A stretch of DNA of 60,677 nucleotides, the filler included, from Nemertoderma westbladi (taxonomy: Eukaryota > Animalia > Xenacoelomorpha), in NCBI GenBank assembly GCA_032718475.1. It is 3 parts of 3 records of this genome, joined end to end, with 100 filler letters (N's around TTAATTAATTAA, not from the genome) between each part and the next. Parts side by side here need not be neighbours in the genome. Positions count along the whole stretch, not along the records: positions 48,941 to 60,677 come from JAUCBJ010007337.1; 2 more parts are not named here. One strand, given 5' to 3'. The position numbers and the translations under genes are program-made. Of this stretch, positions 48,941 to 59,494 are shown piece after piece (the stretch's first letter is position 1; the number at the start of each line of letters is the position of its first letter). The notes under the pieces are model-generated. The model was not told the origin of the DNA and ran no database searches. It was given only the letters and a program-made list of their open reading frames with translations.

Positions 48941-50169
48941 TTCCAGCGCCTGGGGGGGAACTGGCCAGCAAAGGCAAACGTATCAGTTATCCCACAAAAG
49001 CTTTTACAATTGACGAGATTTTTATACTAGCTAGTTTTTGCTATTTTTTTATAAATGTTATAGAAGATGTGCTAGCTATCACTTTTGATAAATATTTTTG
49101 TTCTAGAACACATTTTTCAATTTTTGGAAAAAAATGAAATAGTACAGGAATCATCATACAACCCTTATTAAAAAATAATCTTCACTTTAAAGGATTAGAC
49201 CTCTTAGAAACTGCAGTATTTTGAAATGTACAACTTCAATGTTCAAATGTACAGCTTCCAATACATAGGCCCAATGATAAAAACTGTACTCATCGATAAA
49301 TAAACATGTACCCAATGTGATGGAGTAATGAAAAAAAAGTAATCCTCAACAAAAGTGTAGTGTAAAAGATGGGACACGAACACTCCCCAGTCTACTGAGC
49401 CTATGCTGACAACACTCCCTTTAGGCTGAGATAACTCCCCACCATTACCTGGCCAGTCTATGGTTGTTATGTCCCTCTCGACTATGACATACTCTGTATC
49501 ATCTGATATGATCATTCAAATGCATTATGTGATGAGTGTTTTGGGGTAACTTCACTGTGCAAATCTAGAGCCTGTAAAAACACCCCCAAACCGGGCTAGA
49601 AACGGGCTAATATATTAGCCGTATCGTCATTAAATTAGCCTCCACCCCCACTATATCGAGTACAAGGAAAAAATGCAATATGTTTTAGTTTCTAGATGCC
49701 ATGGACACCCGTCAGAATTGTTGACGTGTTATTCATATCACTTAGGTATGGGGCGAGCCAATTTTTGAAAGTTACGGGCAAATACCTCTCGAACTTTGGT
49801 CTCCAGATCAAATCAAACTTGTTTCGAACTTGGTCAAGTTTGCGTGCTGCGCGACGCCACACGAACGTGTTTTCACCATATATAAGAGCGCCTTTTGAAA
49901 GATAAGTGAGGTTGGCATATACTATAAGAGGCCTACGTATATTTAAGAGATATTAGGCCTACATTAGTCATCACATTCTTAAATAGGTGAAAATAAATTG
50001 TGCCAATGAACCGCAATTACAATAGTAATAAGTCAAGTGCACATAACACCGATATAATTTATTATTGGTGTCGACGGCCAAGTACTGTAGGGTTGAGCAT
50101 AGTGACAGCATATGACGGTATAACTGTACAAGGTATAAGATAGTATGTCCATGTCTAACTTTTACCTAA

Positions 50170-50240
50170 GTCACTAGCTGAATGGTTAGAGCGTCAGACT
50201 TCCAAGCAAGAGGTCACCAGTTCGATCCCACCTGGACGTC
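50170..50240 (+). repeat. tRNA-derived SINE head or pseudo-tRNA
   Basis: A-box-like TAGCTGAATGG and B-box-like GTTCGATCCC. The stems do not pair well. Confidence 0.5.
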
Positions 50241-50928
50241 ATTGCCGACTTTGCAAAAGCTGTGCCCAACTAAAAGTTATAATAACACCGTTAGGCCTAC
50301 AAGAACAATAACAGTTCGTCTGTCAGCCGCTATAGGCTACATGGGGGCTTCCATCGGCAAAATCGAAAATTCTGGCTCCAGGTGGACATCGGCGGTGAGT
50401 TGAACTAGTTTTGTTTGAAATTTCAAGCAAAATCTGACTAAAATGTATTAAAATATTTGGATAACCAATATAATTAATAGATTCACAGCAATTTTCACTT
50501 TATTTTGAAACATTTAATAGTGGTTGTTTTCTTCCAACGATAACTTATCTTTAGTAGATCATTTTCGCACAATATATCTCCAGAGTGCAAAACTTCCATG
50601 ATTTGATACTTATCAAAGTCAGCCTCTACTCTGTTTGGTACTTGAGTGCTGACAGTCAACTGTGTTGAATTTGTGTTTCAAATTACAACAAAATAACATA
50701 AAAACATACAAATAACATAAAATAAAATTACATAAAAATTCGTAGGAAAAAATAGGGGGAAGTCCACTCCGTTACGTAATCTAGCAATTACACTGTAGGC
50801 CTACTTTGTATAAATTATTTAAAATATAACGACCCGTTTTGTAAAAAGTAAGAAAGTTTATAAATAACCAGATAATTTAATAAACTAGCGACCAAACAAT
50901 ATTCACTTCGAAATATACAAATTATATA

Positions 50929-52383
50929 TTAAGCCGATGTATTTAACAGCGAGAATGCATCTCTCATTTGCGTGTAATCATCGAATCCACTCACAGGTTT
51001 GATCACTTCCAACCAAATCCTCTCGATTTTATCCAAACTCGTCTTGGAAATATTCCGAATTCCTTGACCAAGCTTTCCGCCATCAAGTCGAACTTTGGGA
51101 GTGAGAAACTGTTCTATATCTCCCAACTTCCGACCCAATATATTCACATGGAATGGTGTTTGGGATGATCTGTCATTGAACTTAGAGATATTGTTGCTCA
51201 TATAATCAAAGCAGGATCTTTTTATAACCAACTCCTTTAACTCGGTGGTTAACTGGCTGTCTATAAAGTTCGATATTCTAGTTACGCACCCTTCTATGTT
51301 CTCTTGCAAGTCCTCGTAATGAACCCAAAGTACATTTGGATCTGACTGATGAGGAATCCAGGATGCTAAGTGTCTAAAGTAATCTAGAAAGACATCATCC
51401 TTGTACGGAATCACCGCATGGTCAACAAATTCACTAAAATCATTTTCCATGTCGGGGTTAGTAATTCCCAACATGGATCTTACGAACCGGAAATTAGAAT
51501 ACAACGTATCTATTGGATCCCGAGTTACGTATATATAGCGGCATCCTTTAGGCACCCAATAATATTCGTCGTGACTTTTAAAGCAACGAATTCTCCATGA
51601 ATCCTGTTCCGCACCCAGGTCAGATGTTTTCCCGAAGCCGGAATTGTAATTAACCATCCACCGCGGGGCCACGAACGGAATTACAGAGTCGATCTCAGTG
51701 AATTCATCGTCACCTCCAGATCGCAGCTGATGGACTATTTGCTGCATCCAAGTGGTCCCAGTTTTGCCGGGAGTTACGATAAACACATCCGATTTCCTTG
51801 TATGGAGACTGAGTGGTCGAGGTGTCGGTAAATGGGAGGCGAAATATTCCCAGGCCTGGGAATAGGTTGTCACTGGTTGCAAGGGTTGGGAAGGGTCGTG
51901 TACTGGGTTCTCCAGGGGTTCCAGAGGTTGGGAAGAGTCGTGTACTGGGCTCTCTATGGGTTCCACAGGTTGGGAAGAGTCATGTACTAGGTTCTCTAGG
52001 GGTTCCATGGGTTGGGAAGAGTCGTGTACTAGGTTCTCTAGGGGTTCTACAGGTTGGGAAGAGTCGTGTACTGGGCTCTCCAAGGGTTGGGAAGAGTCGT
52101 GTACAGGGCTCTCCAGGGGTTGGGAAGAGTCGAGTACTGGGCTCTCCGGGGGTTGGGAAGAGTCGTGTACTGGGCTCTCCCGGGGTTGTGAAGAGTCGTG
52201 TACTGGGCTCTCCCGGGGTTGTGAAGAGTCGTGTACTGGGCTCTCCAAGGGTTGGGAAGAGTCGTGTACAGGGCTCTCCAGGGGTTGGGAAGAGTCGAGT
52301 ACTGGGCTCTCCGGGGGTTGGGAAGAGTCGTGTACTGGGCTCTCCCGGGGTTGTGAAGAGTCGTGTACTGCCGGGCTCTCCAT
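50929..52383 (-). CDS. Intronless PAPS-dependent sulfotransferase with an N-terminal tandem-repeat region
   Basis: 5'-PSB PGKTGTTW, FKSH, 3'-PB RDPIDTLYS, VHYEDL, KVR..GG..G.G. Fourteen N-terminal HDSSQP-type repeats. Confidence 0.88.
   Translation of the reverse strand: MESPAVHDSSQPRESPVHDSSQPPESPVLDSSQPLESPVHDSSQPLESPVHDSSQPRESPVHDSSQPRESPVHDSSQPPESPVLDSSQPLESPVHDSSQPLESPVHDSSQPVEPLENLVHDSSQPMEPLENLVHDSSQPVEPIESPVHDSSQPLEPLENPVHDPSQPLQPVTTYSQAWEYFASHLPTPRPLSLHTRKSDVFIVTPGKTGTTWMQQIVHQLRSGGDDEFTEIDSVIPFVAPRWMVNYNSGFGKTSDLGAEQDSWRIRCFKSHDEYYWVPKGCRYIYVTRDPIDTLYSNFRFVRSMLGITNPDMENDFSEFVDHAVIPYKDDVFLDYFRHLASWIPHQSDPNVLWVHYEDLQENIEGCVTRISNFIDSQLTTELKELVIKRSCFDYMSNNISKFNDRSSQTPFHVNILGRKLGDIEQFLTPKVRLDGGKLGQGIRNISKTSLDKIERIWLEVIKPVSGFDDYTQMRDAFSLLNTSA
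51880..52383 (-). repeat. Coding minisatellite (ten units of about 33 bp, four of 42 bp)
   Basis: xESPVHDSSQP x10, then xEP(L/I)E(N/S)xVHD(S/P)SQP x4. Confidence 0.95.
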
Positions 52384-52509
52384 TATCGCCCTTTGTTTCT
52401 AATTGAACGTTTGATAAAGGTAATATTGTACTACAGTAGTAGGACATTTAGAAGATGGGGTTGTGTTGTGGCTCTTAACTTAATCAAAATTCATCTCTAT
52501 CTTGGCGGC

Positions 52510-52656
52510 AGGGGGAAAATCGATGCACATAACATGTGATTACTCCTAAAAAATAAATCTGTATCATGTTCTATTGACTTTCGTTTATTGTTTTGGTTAG
52601 AATAACGTGCCACTGTAAGCTAATCCTTTCCCTTACTTGATAATTTAACATTGAGG
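52510..52656. repeat. Partial MITE copy, inverted relative to 56013-56160
   Basis: About 147 bp align with the reverse complement of 56013-56160 (e.g. AATAACGTGCCACTGTAA, AATTTAACATTGAGG). Confidence 0.8.
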
Positions 52657-52860
52657 TACAAAGTAATAAATTAATATAATATATTGTGATACAATATTAA
52701 CAGCAGTATATAAAGGCCTAGAAGTGATTAAAACGTAACTAAAATAAAAATAAATTAAAATGAAAAACATTATTATATAAAAAGCCTACCACCACAATTC
52801 TACCAGACACCTTTAAACTCTATTATTTATCCAACCAAATTAATTAAGTTATTAGGTCTA

Positions 52861-53772
52861 CTACAAGTAGTTTATATGGAATTTGTAATGCGTAGCTAGC
52901 GACTCGTTGTCTAGAAGTTTCCCAGAGAACTTCATAGCATCTTTATCCGTAGCCAAGGCGACTACACCCTTCCCTGGGGACTCTATGTCTGCAAGTTTCA
53001 TTACCTTAAACAACGGTCGCATAAACTCAATAAATCGATGGTCTTCCGGTTCCCAAATCCCACTGTCCATCTTACGCTTAAACATCTCCGCGTGTGACGT
53101 CATTATATTTCCGGGCTGCAAGCCGACCACAACTACTTTATGAGAGCGTAAGTCCATAGCCATCACCCGCGTCATTCTATCCAATGCCGCTTTAACCATA
53201 TTAGCCGCCAGGCCTGCCTCGCGGTAAAAGTCAGGGTTGTCCCCACCATCAGATGCGGCTCCTTTACTGCGCATCTCGTTAACTTGCTCGTCCGATAGAT
53301 CAGTAGTGCTCACTATGAGACCCCCTTCCCCTCGGTCTACCATCATTCTACCAGCCAAAGTAGAAGCCACATAATGGACATTCAACCCGCTGCTAGACAT
53401 TCTGCTGAACGTATCGGGGGGCCATTCCCAGAACGGACAGCCTAACTGACCGTAGTAGAGTAAACCAGTAGGGAAACAATGGTTCACTAGAATATCCAGT
53501 CGATTATCTTTCTCCTTGATCGAATCAAATACAGAAATTGTTTCTTCTTCTTTAGAATGATCGCATTTAATAGCTATGACTTCCCCACCTCCCCTCCCAG
53601 CAGCCTCGTCCACTACCTCATCCAATGACATCCCCGGTTGCTCCGGTTTCGGTTCTTTCGTTCGCGCCGTTATGTATACCTTGGCTCCGGCTTCCGACAG
53701 TTGCAGGGCTATTCCCTTACCTATTCCGGTTGAAGCGCCAGTTACTAAGGCGACTTTACCTTTCAGAGACAT
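52861..53772 (-). CDS. DHRS1-like short-chain dehydrogenase/reductase, intronless
   Basis: TGASTGIG, LQLSEAGAKVYITAR, CDHS, LDILVN, PFWE.P, YVAS, KAALDRMT, ESPGK..VALA.D. Confidence 0.88.
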   Translation of the reverse strand: MSLKGKVALVTGASTGIGKGIALQLSEAGAKVYITARTKEPKPEQPGMSLDEVVDEAAGRGGGEVIAIKCDHSKEEETISVFDSIKEKDNRLDILVNHCFPTGLLYYGQLGCPFWEWPPDTFSRMSSSGLNVHYVASTLAGRMMVDRGEGGLIVSTTDLSDEQVNEMRSKGAASDGGDNPDFYREAGLAANMVKAALDRMTRVMAMDLRSHKVVVVGLQPGNIMTSHAEMFKRKMDSGIWEPEDHRFIEFMRPLFKVMKLADIESPGKGVVALATDKDAMKFSGKLLDNESLATHYKFHINYL

Positions 53773-54546
53773 GGTGTGGGTGCTGGTTGGTTATGGAATA
53801 GTTTGTAAATAATATTATTAGCTTTAAATAAAAACTTTACTTCGTTGTTCAGGGTTGTTCAGTTCTGCAAATTAATTGTTTACGGTAGGCCTAGGCCTAC
53901 CGATTGCAATTAAAATGGTGTTAGAGAAAAGATCAGGTGTTACAGTGGCGCTCTTTTATAACCAACTGAAAAGTAACGGAATTTAGTAACTCAGCTAACA
54001 TCCAGACAGAGTTCGTTCTAGTTTTAGATATTGCATATTGTTTTATCAGTTTAGGTGTTCCAGTGTTTATGGCTGAAGTGCTAAATTTACTGTTCAGCAA
54101 AATGATAAACTGGCAAAAACATTACCATATGGCTGTATGGTAAGGTACCTATCTAACGCCTACACGCCATGTAAATTCCATCTGTATGCATACTGTAGGC
54201 CTACTACGATTTGTGGTTAAATTTCACTTTCAAATTTTATTGTGACTCACTAAAATTTTTAAAAGCCTATTACAGGATAAATATGTTTGTTTCTGATGAC
54301 TTTTAGGCTACTGTACCGGTATTACCGGTATGTCAGTACTGTAGTATGTGTACTGGCGGTGGCGGACAGGAATTAACAAGTACCTGAGTACCGGCATCAC
54401 TTCAGTTTTTGCTTGATTGTCATGTGCCATATTACTGTATTATTATTTATTATGTGTGCCATATCATGATTTCTCAGTCGTCACCATAGGCTAATAAAGT
54501 ACCCGGTAATAAATTTTAGTGTTACACAAGTCTAGAAGTCAGCAAA

Positions 54547-55380
54547 ATGGAATCCGTTAAGCTGGAAGAATATCTAAAAACGGCTGTAACTTTGGCGAAA
54601 AGTGCCGGTCAAATGATCCGGAACGCACTGTTAAGTGAGCGAGTTTTCGATACTAAATCGAGTCCGGTTGACTTGGTCACAGAGACAGATAAAGCGGTGG
54701 AGGAATTCATTATCGGGGGCCTGAGATCCGCGTATCCTGAACACAAGTTTATCGGCGAGGAATCCTACAAGGAAGAGAGTAAACCGACGTGGACTGATGA
54801 ACCCACGTGGATTATAGATCCGGTGGACGGGACCACTAACTTCGTACACGGGTTCCCTTACGTAGCGGTATCTATAGGTCTCACCATAGACCGTGTCCCG
54901 TGTCTGGGGGTCATATACAACGCCCCGCAGGACATTATGTACTCTGCGATACGCGGACACGGTGCTTTCGCTAACGGCGTCCCCATCTCGGTGTCCAACC
55001 GAACCCGTCCCATCGACTCTATGATTCTCACCGCTATCGGGTCGGCTCGCGAACCCGCCGTTCTCGACGTTAAGCTCGCGACTTTCCGCCGCTTCATGGA
55101 GGCCTACCAGAGCGTCCACTGTATCGGTTCCGCGACGCTGTCCATGGCCTTGGTAGCGACGGGGTCCGCGGACGCTTACACCGAGTACGGGATCCATTGT
55201 TGGGATATGTGCGCCGGCGCGGTGATTGTGGCGGAGTCGGGTGGCGTTGTAGCCGACCCGCAGGGGGGAACCTTCCGAATAATGTCCCGCGGTGTCCTAG
55301 TTGCCGCGACTAAGGAGTTAATGGAACAGACTGCGGCCCGCGTACAACACATTCACTTCGAGCCCGATGTGGATATCTAG
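54547..55380 (+). CDS. IMPA1: Inositol monophosphatase, intronless
   Basis: DLVTETD, FIGEE, WIIDPVDGTTNFVHG, GSA, WDMCAG. Confidence 0.93.
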   Translation: MESVKLEEYLKTAVTLAKSAGQMIRNALLSERVFDTKSSPVDLVTETDKAVEEFIIGGLRSAYPEHKFIGEESYKEESKPTWTDEPTWIIDPVDGTTNFVHGFPYVAVSIGLTIDRVPCLGVIYNAPQDIMYSAIRGHGAFANGVPISVSNRTRPIDSMILTAIGSAREPAVLDVKLATFRRFMEAYQSVHCIGSATLSMALVATGSADAYTEYGIHCWDMCAGAVIVAESGGVVADPQGGTFRIMSRGVLVAATKELMEQTAARVQHIHFEPDVDI

Positions 55381-55950
55381 TTAACCAGTTACTATAAACT
55401 AACTCTATAGGCCTAGCCTCTATTATTACTGTATTTATCAAAAGGGGAAATAAACTATTTGTTTTAATTTCGTATTATTTTAGAATCTAATTTCTAAATT
55501 CGAGTCCCGACTACCTTGAAATGCGACGCATTGTTTTGTCTTTGGTGCAGATAGGTGGGGGGGACTGGACGCAATAAAAATTCATCCCTCTCCAGGGGAA
55601 ATTCGACGACAACATGTCGCGAGCCAGTCGGACAGTTTATCGTAAAATATAAAAGATGATGCTTTGAATGGACGAAACTACAATAATCACCACCGTGGTA
55701 GCTCCGCGTTTTTATCATTCAACTTAAACTGCCAAAAAATATCATCTGAATGTCTGCGACATACACTGAATTGTGTTTTATCCATAGAAAATTATTACAT
55801 GTTCATTGTTCGGGTACATTACGATAGGCCACGGTGAGATGGTAAGGTACTCGTTATTGGTTTCGCGGTCTAGTATTCAATATATCTAGAAATATTGTAA
55901 TTAATGTAGGTTTACTTGTGTCTACTGTTTATGTGCAATGTTTAGAGACA

Positions 55951-56160
55951 GGGGGGGGGGGGGGGGGGGGGGGGGCTGAACGCAAATCCCACCTTGGCGA
56001 ATTAATATCCTTCCTCAATGTTAAATTCTCAATCTAGGGAAAGGAGCAGGTTACAGTGGCACGTTATTTTAAACAAAACAATAAACTAAACACAATAGAA
56101 AAGGTTACAGTTTTATTTTTGAGAGTAATCAGCTGTTATTTGCGTCCAGTTTCCCCCCCT
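55951..56160. mobile_element. MITE of about 200 bp
   Basis: G-run-CTGAACGCAAAT ... ATTTGCGTCCAGTTT-C-run termini. Related TIR-like motifs occur at about 55557 and 48952. Confidence 0.6.
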
Positions 56161-58048
56161 ATATGAATTTTTAAGCACGATTTTCACTTCCGCTTTTCTG
56201 TGGATACAATAATTATAACAAACACACAACATGATAATGAAATATTTCTGGCCCAATTTCCCGTTACCAGTTTAAAAAAGAAGGAATAATATTTCTTACG
56301 TTCCAGAATTTAAATATGTTATTTGCTTTCTTTAAATGCCCAAAAAAATTTGGAAGTGAAAATACCACGAATTGGAAGAAAAAACCACAGAAGTGATAAA
56401 AATTCTGAGTTCATAAATGTGGGAATTGGAAATGGTGCTTTTAGTGTTTATCATCTGCATAGGATCCATTAGGATGTTTATAAAATATTTCATTGGTGCT
56501 GTTTGTTTATTAATATATATTTGCAGGTATTTAATATAATTATAAAGTGAATGGAAATAAAGATTTAAGGTAATGAATGATACATCATTTCGCTCGAGTA
56601 GGCCTACATATCAATTCCCATTTCCATGAAACTGTCAATAATACAGTCGCTCAGTCGGCACAGGAATAAATATAGGCTGGTCGCTTCGATTTTGTTCAAT
56701 TTGTTAGTCCAGGTTGACAATAATCGAACTAGAATGTGCAAAGTCGCTAAGTGTGAGTTATATTTGGCTTATATTATATTACAGGTACAGTACAACTTTA
56801 GGGGAGTTGGTACAACGAATCATGCTCGGATTTCACACCATATCTTTGCGGACCCCTCAACTCAACATAGATAAAATAATATAAATCAATGAGAGATTAA
56901 ACTTTCAATTTGGCCATATAGGCCTATTATATTACAATATAATTATTGTTACTAAAAATGACTATAGCATTATTGTTGAATTATCTTTTTTTTCATTAGT
57001 TTCCATTTCGAGACGTCAAGGCTGCCGTGTGTGATTAAAGATAATTAAATAAATATCCAACCAAATATAATAATAAAAACAATTGAACCTACACGTGTCA
57101 CATTCACCATAATGCCTTATTTATTCGCTTTGGAACATTTTGGGATAATATTTGAGCTTCGAAACTATAGGTAATTTTTCTCAAATTGAGGTATTTAAAA
57201 AAATGTCTCAAAGTTTTCTGCATAATTGCTATGTAGAAATTCTCAGAATATTGCAGACCCATTGATCAAAAATTGTATAGTATAAGTATTAGTGGATGAA
57301 TTATTGAAATTTAGAGAACCATATTTCTATATAGATGGATAACTGATTTTTCATTATATTCAATAATGCTGATTTAATTTTTCTTTGGAACACTATATTT
57401 TGGTAACATTTGTTGAACGGATTATTGGGTAGGGTGCTCACAGTAGCAATTGCTTGGGTAATATTGGGAATGGATTGCAGCGTATACGGGTCGTGGTTTT
57501 CTCTCTTGCCTATTGCCGCGCTGTTGTACGTACAGTATATGTTGTATAAATATAATCGATAAGGATTATATTTTTTTGTAGGAATGCGGATTCTTTTAAT
57601 AAAATGTTCTTCATAATGTTTAGTTTTAGGAACATATGGCGAGCGATGTTAATTCTACATAAACATCCCACTTCTACTTATAGAAACTTAATATATTAAA
57701 CGCGGACGGACGCGACGGGTCCAATTGATGTTAGTCATTACGCGCATCATCACAGGAATGTTTGAATGATATTAATTGTATTATAAAATAAATTTGTTCT
57801 ACTTGTCGAAACAGGAAGTTATGGAGCGCATTTTGAAAAAAATATTTCAAAATAGAAAATAATAATAATATATTTCGGTAAATATTATAAAATCTGGTGA
57901 TATTCCTGGGCTTCCAATCAGTACAGTAAGCCCAGGTTCGATACCTAGATGGGGCAGCTTTATTTTGGCACAGAGCTTTAAATGCTGCAGCCTACCCTAC
58001 CATGGTTTTCAGCCTTGACTTGTCGGTAGAGGGGAACCAATTCAACTG

Positions 58049-58690
58049 GGGAAACAGAGTGGAAGGGTTTACTATGGAAGATCACTCATCAGGGTGATGA
58101 ACAGGCATTCCTTTATGAAACAGAGTGGAAGGGTTTACTGTGGAAGATTACCCATGGTGGTGAACAAGCATTTCTTTATGAAACAGAGTGGAAGGGTTTA
58201 CTGTGGAAGATTACCCATGGTGGTGAACAAGCATTCCTTTAGGAAACAGAGTGGAAGGGTTTACTGTGGAAGATTACCCATGGTGGTGATGGTGAAAATG
58301 CATTCCTTTGTGAAACAGAGTGGAAGGGTTTACTGTGGAAGATCATCCATGGTGGTGGACAGGCATTCCTTTGGGAAACAGAGTGGAAGGGTTTACTGTG
58401 GAAGATTACTCATGGTGGCGACGGTGAAGATGCATTCCTTTGTGAAACAGAGTGGAAGGGTTTCCTGTGGAAGATTACCCATGGTGGTGAACAAGCATTT
58501 CTTTATGAAACAGAGTGGAAGGGTTTACTGTGGAAGATTACCCATGGTGGTGAAGAGGCATTCCTTTTGGAAACAGATTGGAAGGGTTTACTGTGGAAGA
58601 TTACCCATGGTGGTGATGGTGAAGATGCATTCCTTTGTGAAACAGAGTGGAAGGGTTTACTGTGGAAGATCACCTATGGTGGTGAACAGA
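58049..58690. repeat. Minisatellite, about ten units of 63 or 69 bp
   Basis: Unit GAAACAGAGTGGAAGGGTTTACTGTGGAAGATTACCCATGGTGGTGAACAAGCATT.., some with a 6-bp insertion. Confidence 0.95.
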
Positions 58691-58799
58691 CATTTACTTC
58701 GCCTAACAAGCCTAAAAGATTCTCCCATTCATTCAAAAATAATGTATTCTGTATAACAACTTCCACAATCGGTAATTTGGATGTATGAGTTGTGATGTA

Positions 58800-59310
58800 T
58801 CGACATGAAACTACATGAAACAACCTGAAACTACGTGAAACAACCAGAAACGATCTGAAACAACCTGAAACGACCTAATCAAACTTAAATGATAGGGAAC
58901 AGTTTGAAACGACATGAAACAACCTGAAACTACCTGAGAGAACCTGAAACGACTTGAAACAACTAAAACAACCGGAAACTACCTAAAACAGCCTGATTCC
59001 ACTTTGAAAAAGTCTTCAACGTCGTGAAACAACCTGAAACTATCTAAAAAACCTGAAACGAATAAAACAAACTAAAACGACATGAAACAACCTGAAACGA
59101 CCTGAAACAAACTGATACCATTCGAAACAGCCTCTAACGACATGAACCAACCTGAAACAACCTGATACAACCTAAAACTAAACTATCTGAAACAACCTGT
59201 GGTGACCTAAAACAATCAGAAACATCCTGAAACGACCTAAAACAGCTTGAATGGACTTGAAACAACCTCAAACTATCCGAAACATCCTGAGATGACCTGA
59301 AACTGAAACT
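58800..59310. repeat. Degenerate 10-bp tandem repeat (ACCTGAAACA/G)
   Basis: Recurring CCTGAAAC(A/G)A at roughly 10-bp spacing. Confidence 0.85.
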
Positions 59311-59494
59311 GAGAATTTTTTTAAAGACCGGTTTATAACTTTGTGATATAAAATGGAATTTACAATTTAGTAAGAGAGAAGGTGCCCTTGTCACCGCTGA
59401 GTTTGAGTTCTTTAAGAACACAACGCTACCATTGAAGAAGATACCTGTGGGTGACAATTTCATTTGGTGTAATGAAGAAAAGTCAACTTTACGT

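Noticed and set aside
50170-50240. Functional tRNA gene (also a tRNA-Gly-like relic at about 57890-57958)
   Set aside because: A/B-box-like motifs are present, but the acceptor and anticodon stems do not pair. These are SINE or pseudo-tRNA sequences.
51813-52447. Overlapping repeat ORFs in other frames and on the other strand
   Set aside because: By-products of a stop-free 33-bp repeat. Only the 52383 frame continues into the sulfotransferase.
52510-56160. Inverted repeats around the SDR and IMPase genes as TIRs of a gene-carrying (Pack-type) transposon
   Set aside because: The right copy has its own inner TIR (about 55951-55987) and so is a self-contained MITE. Related motifs occur at about 55557 and 48952, and there is no shared TSD. 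Two independent MITE copies explain it more simply.
58049-58690. CRISPR-like array
   Set aside because: Units are similar along their whole length, with no unique spacers and no cas genes, in a eukaryotic context.
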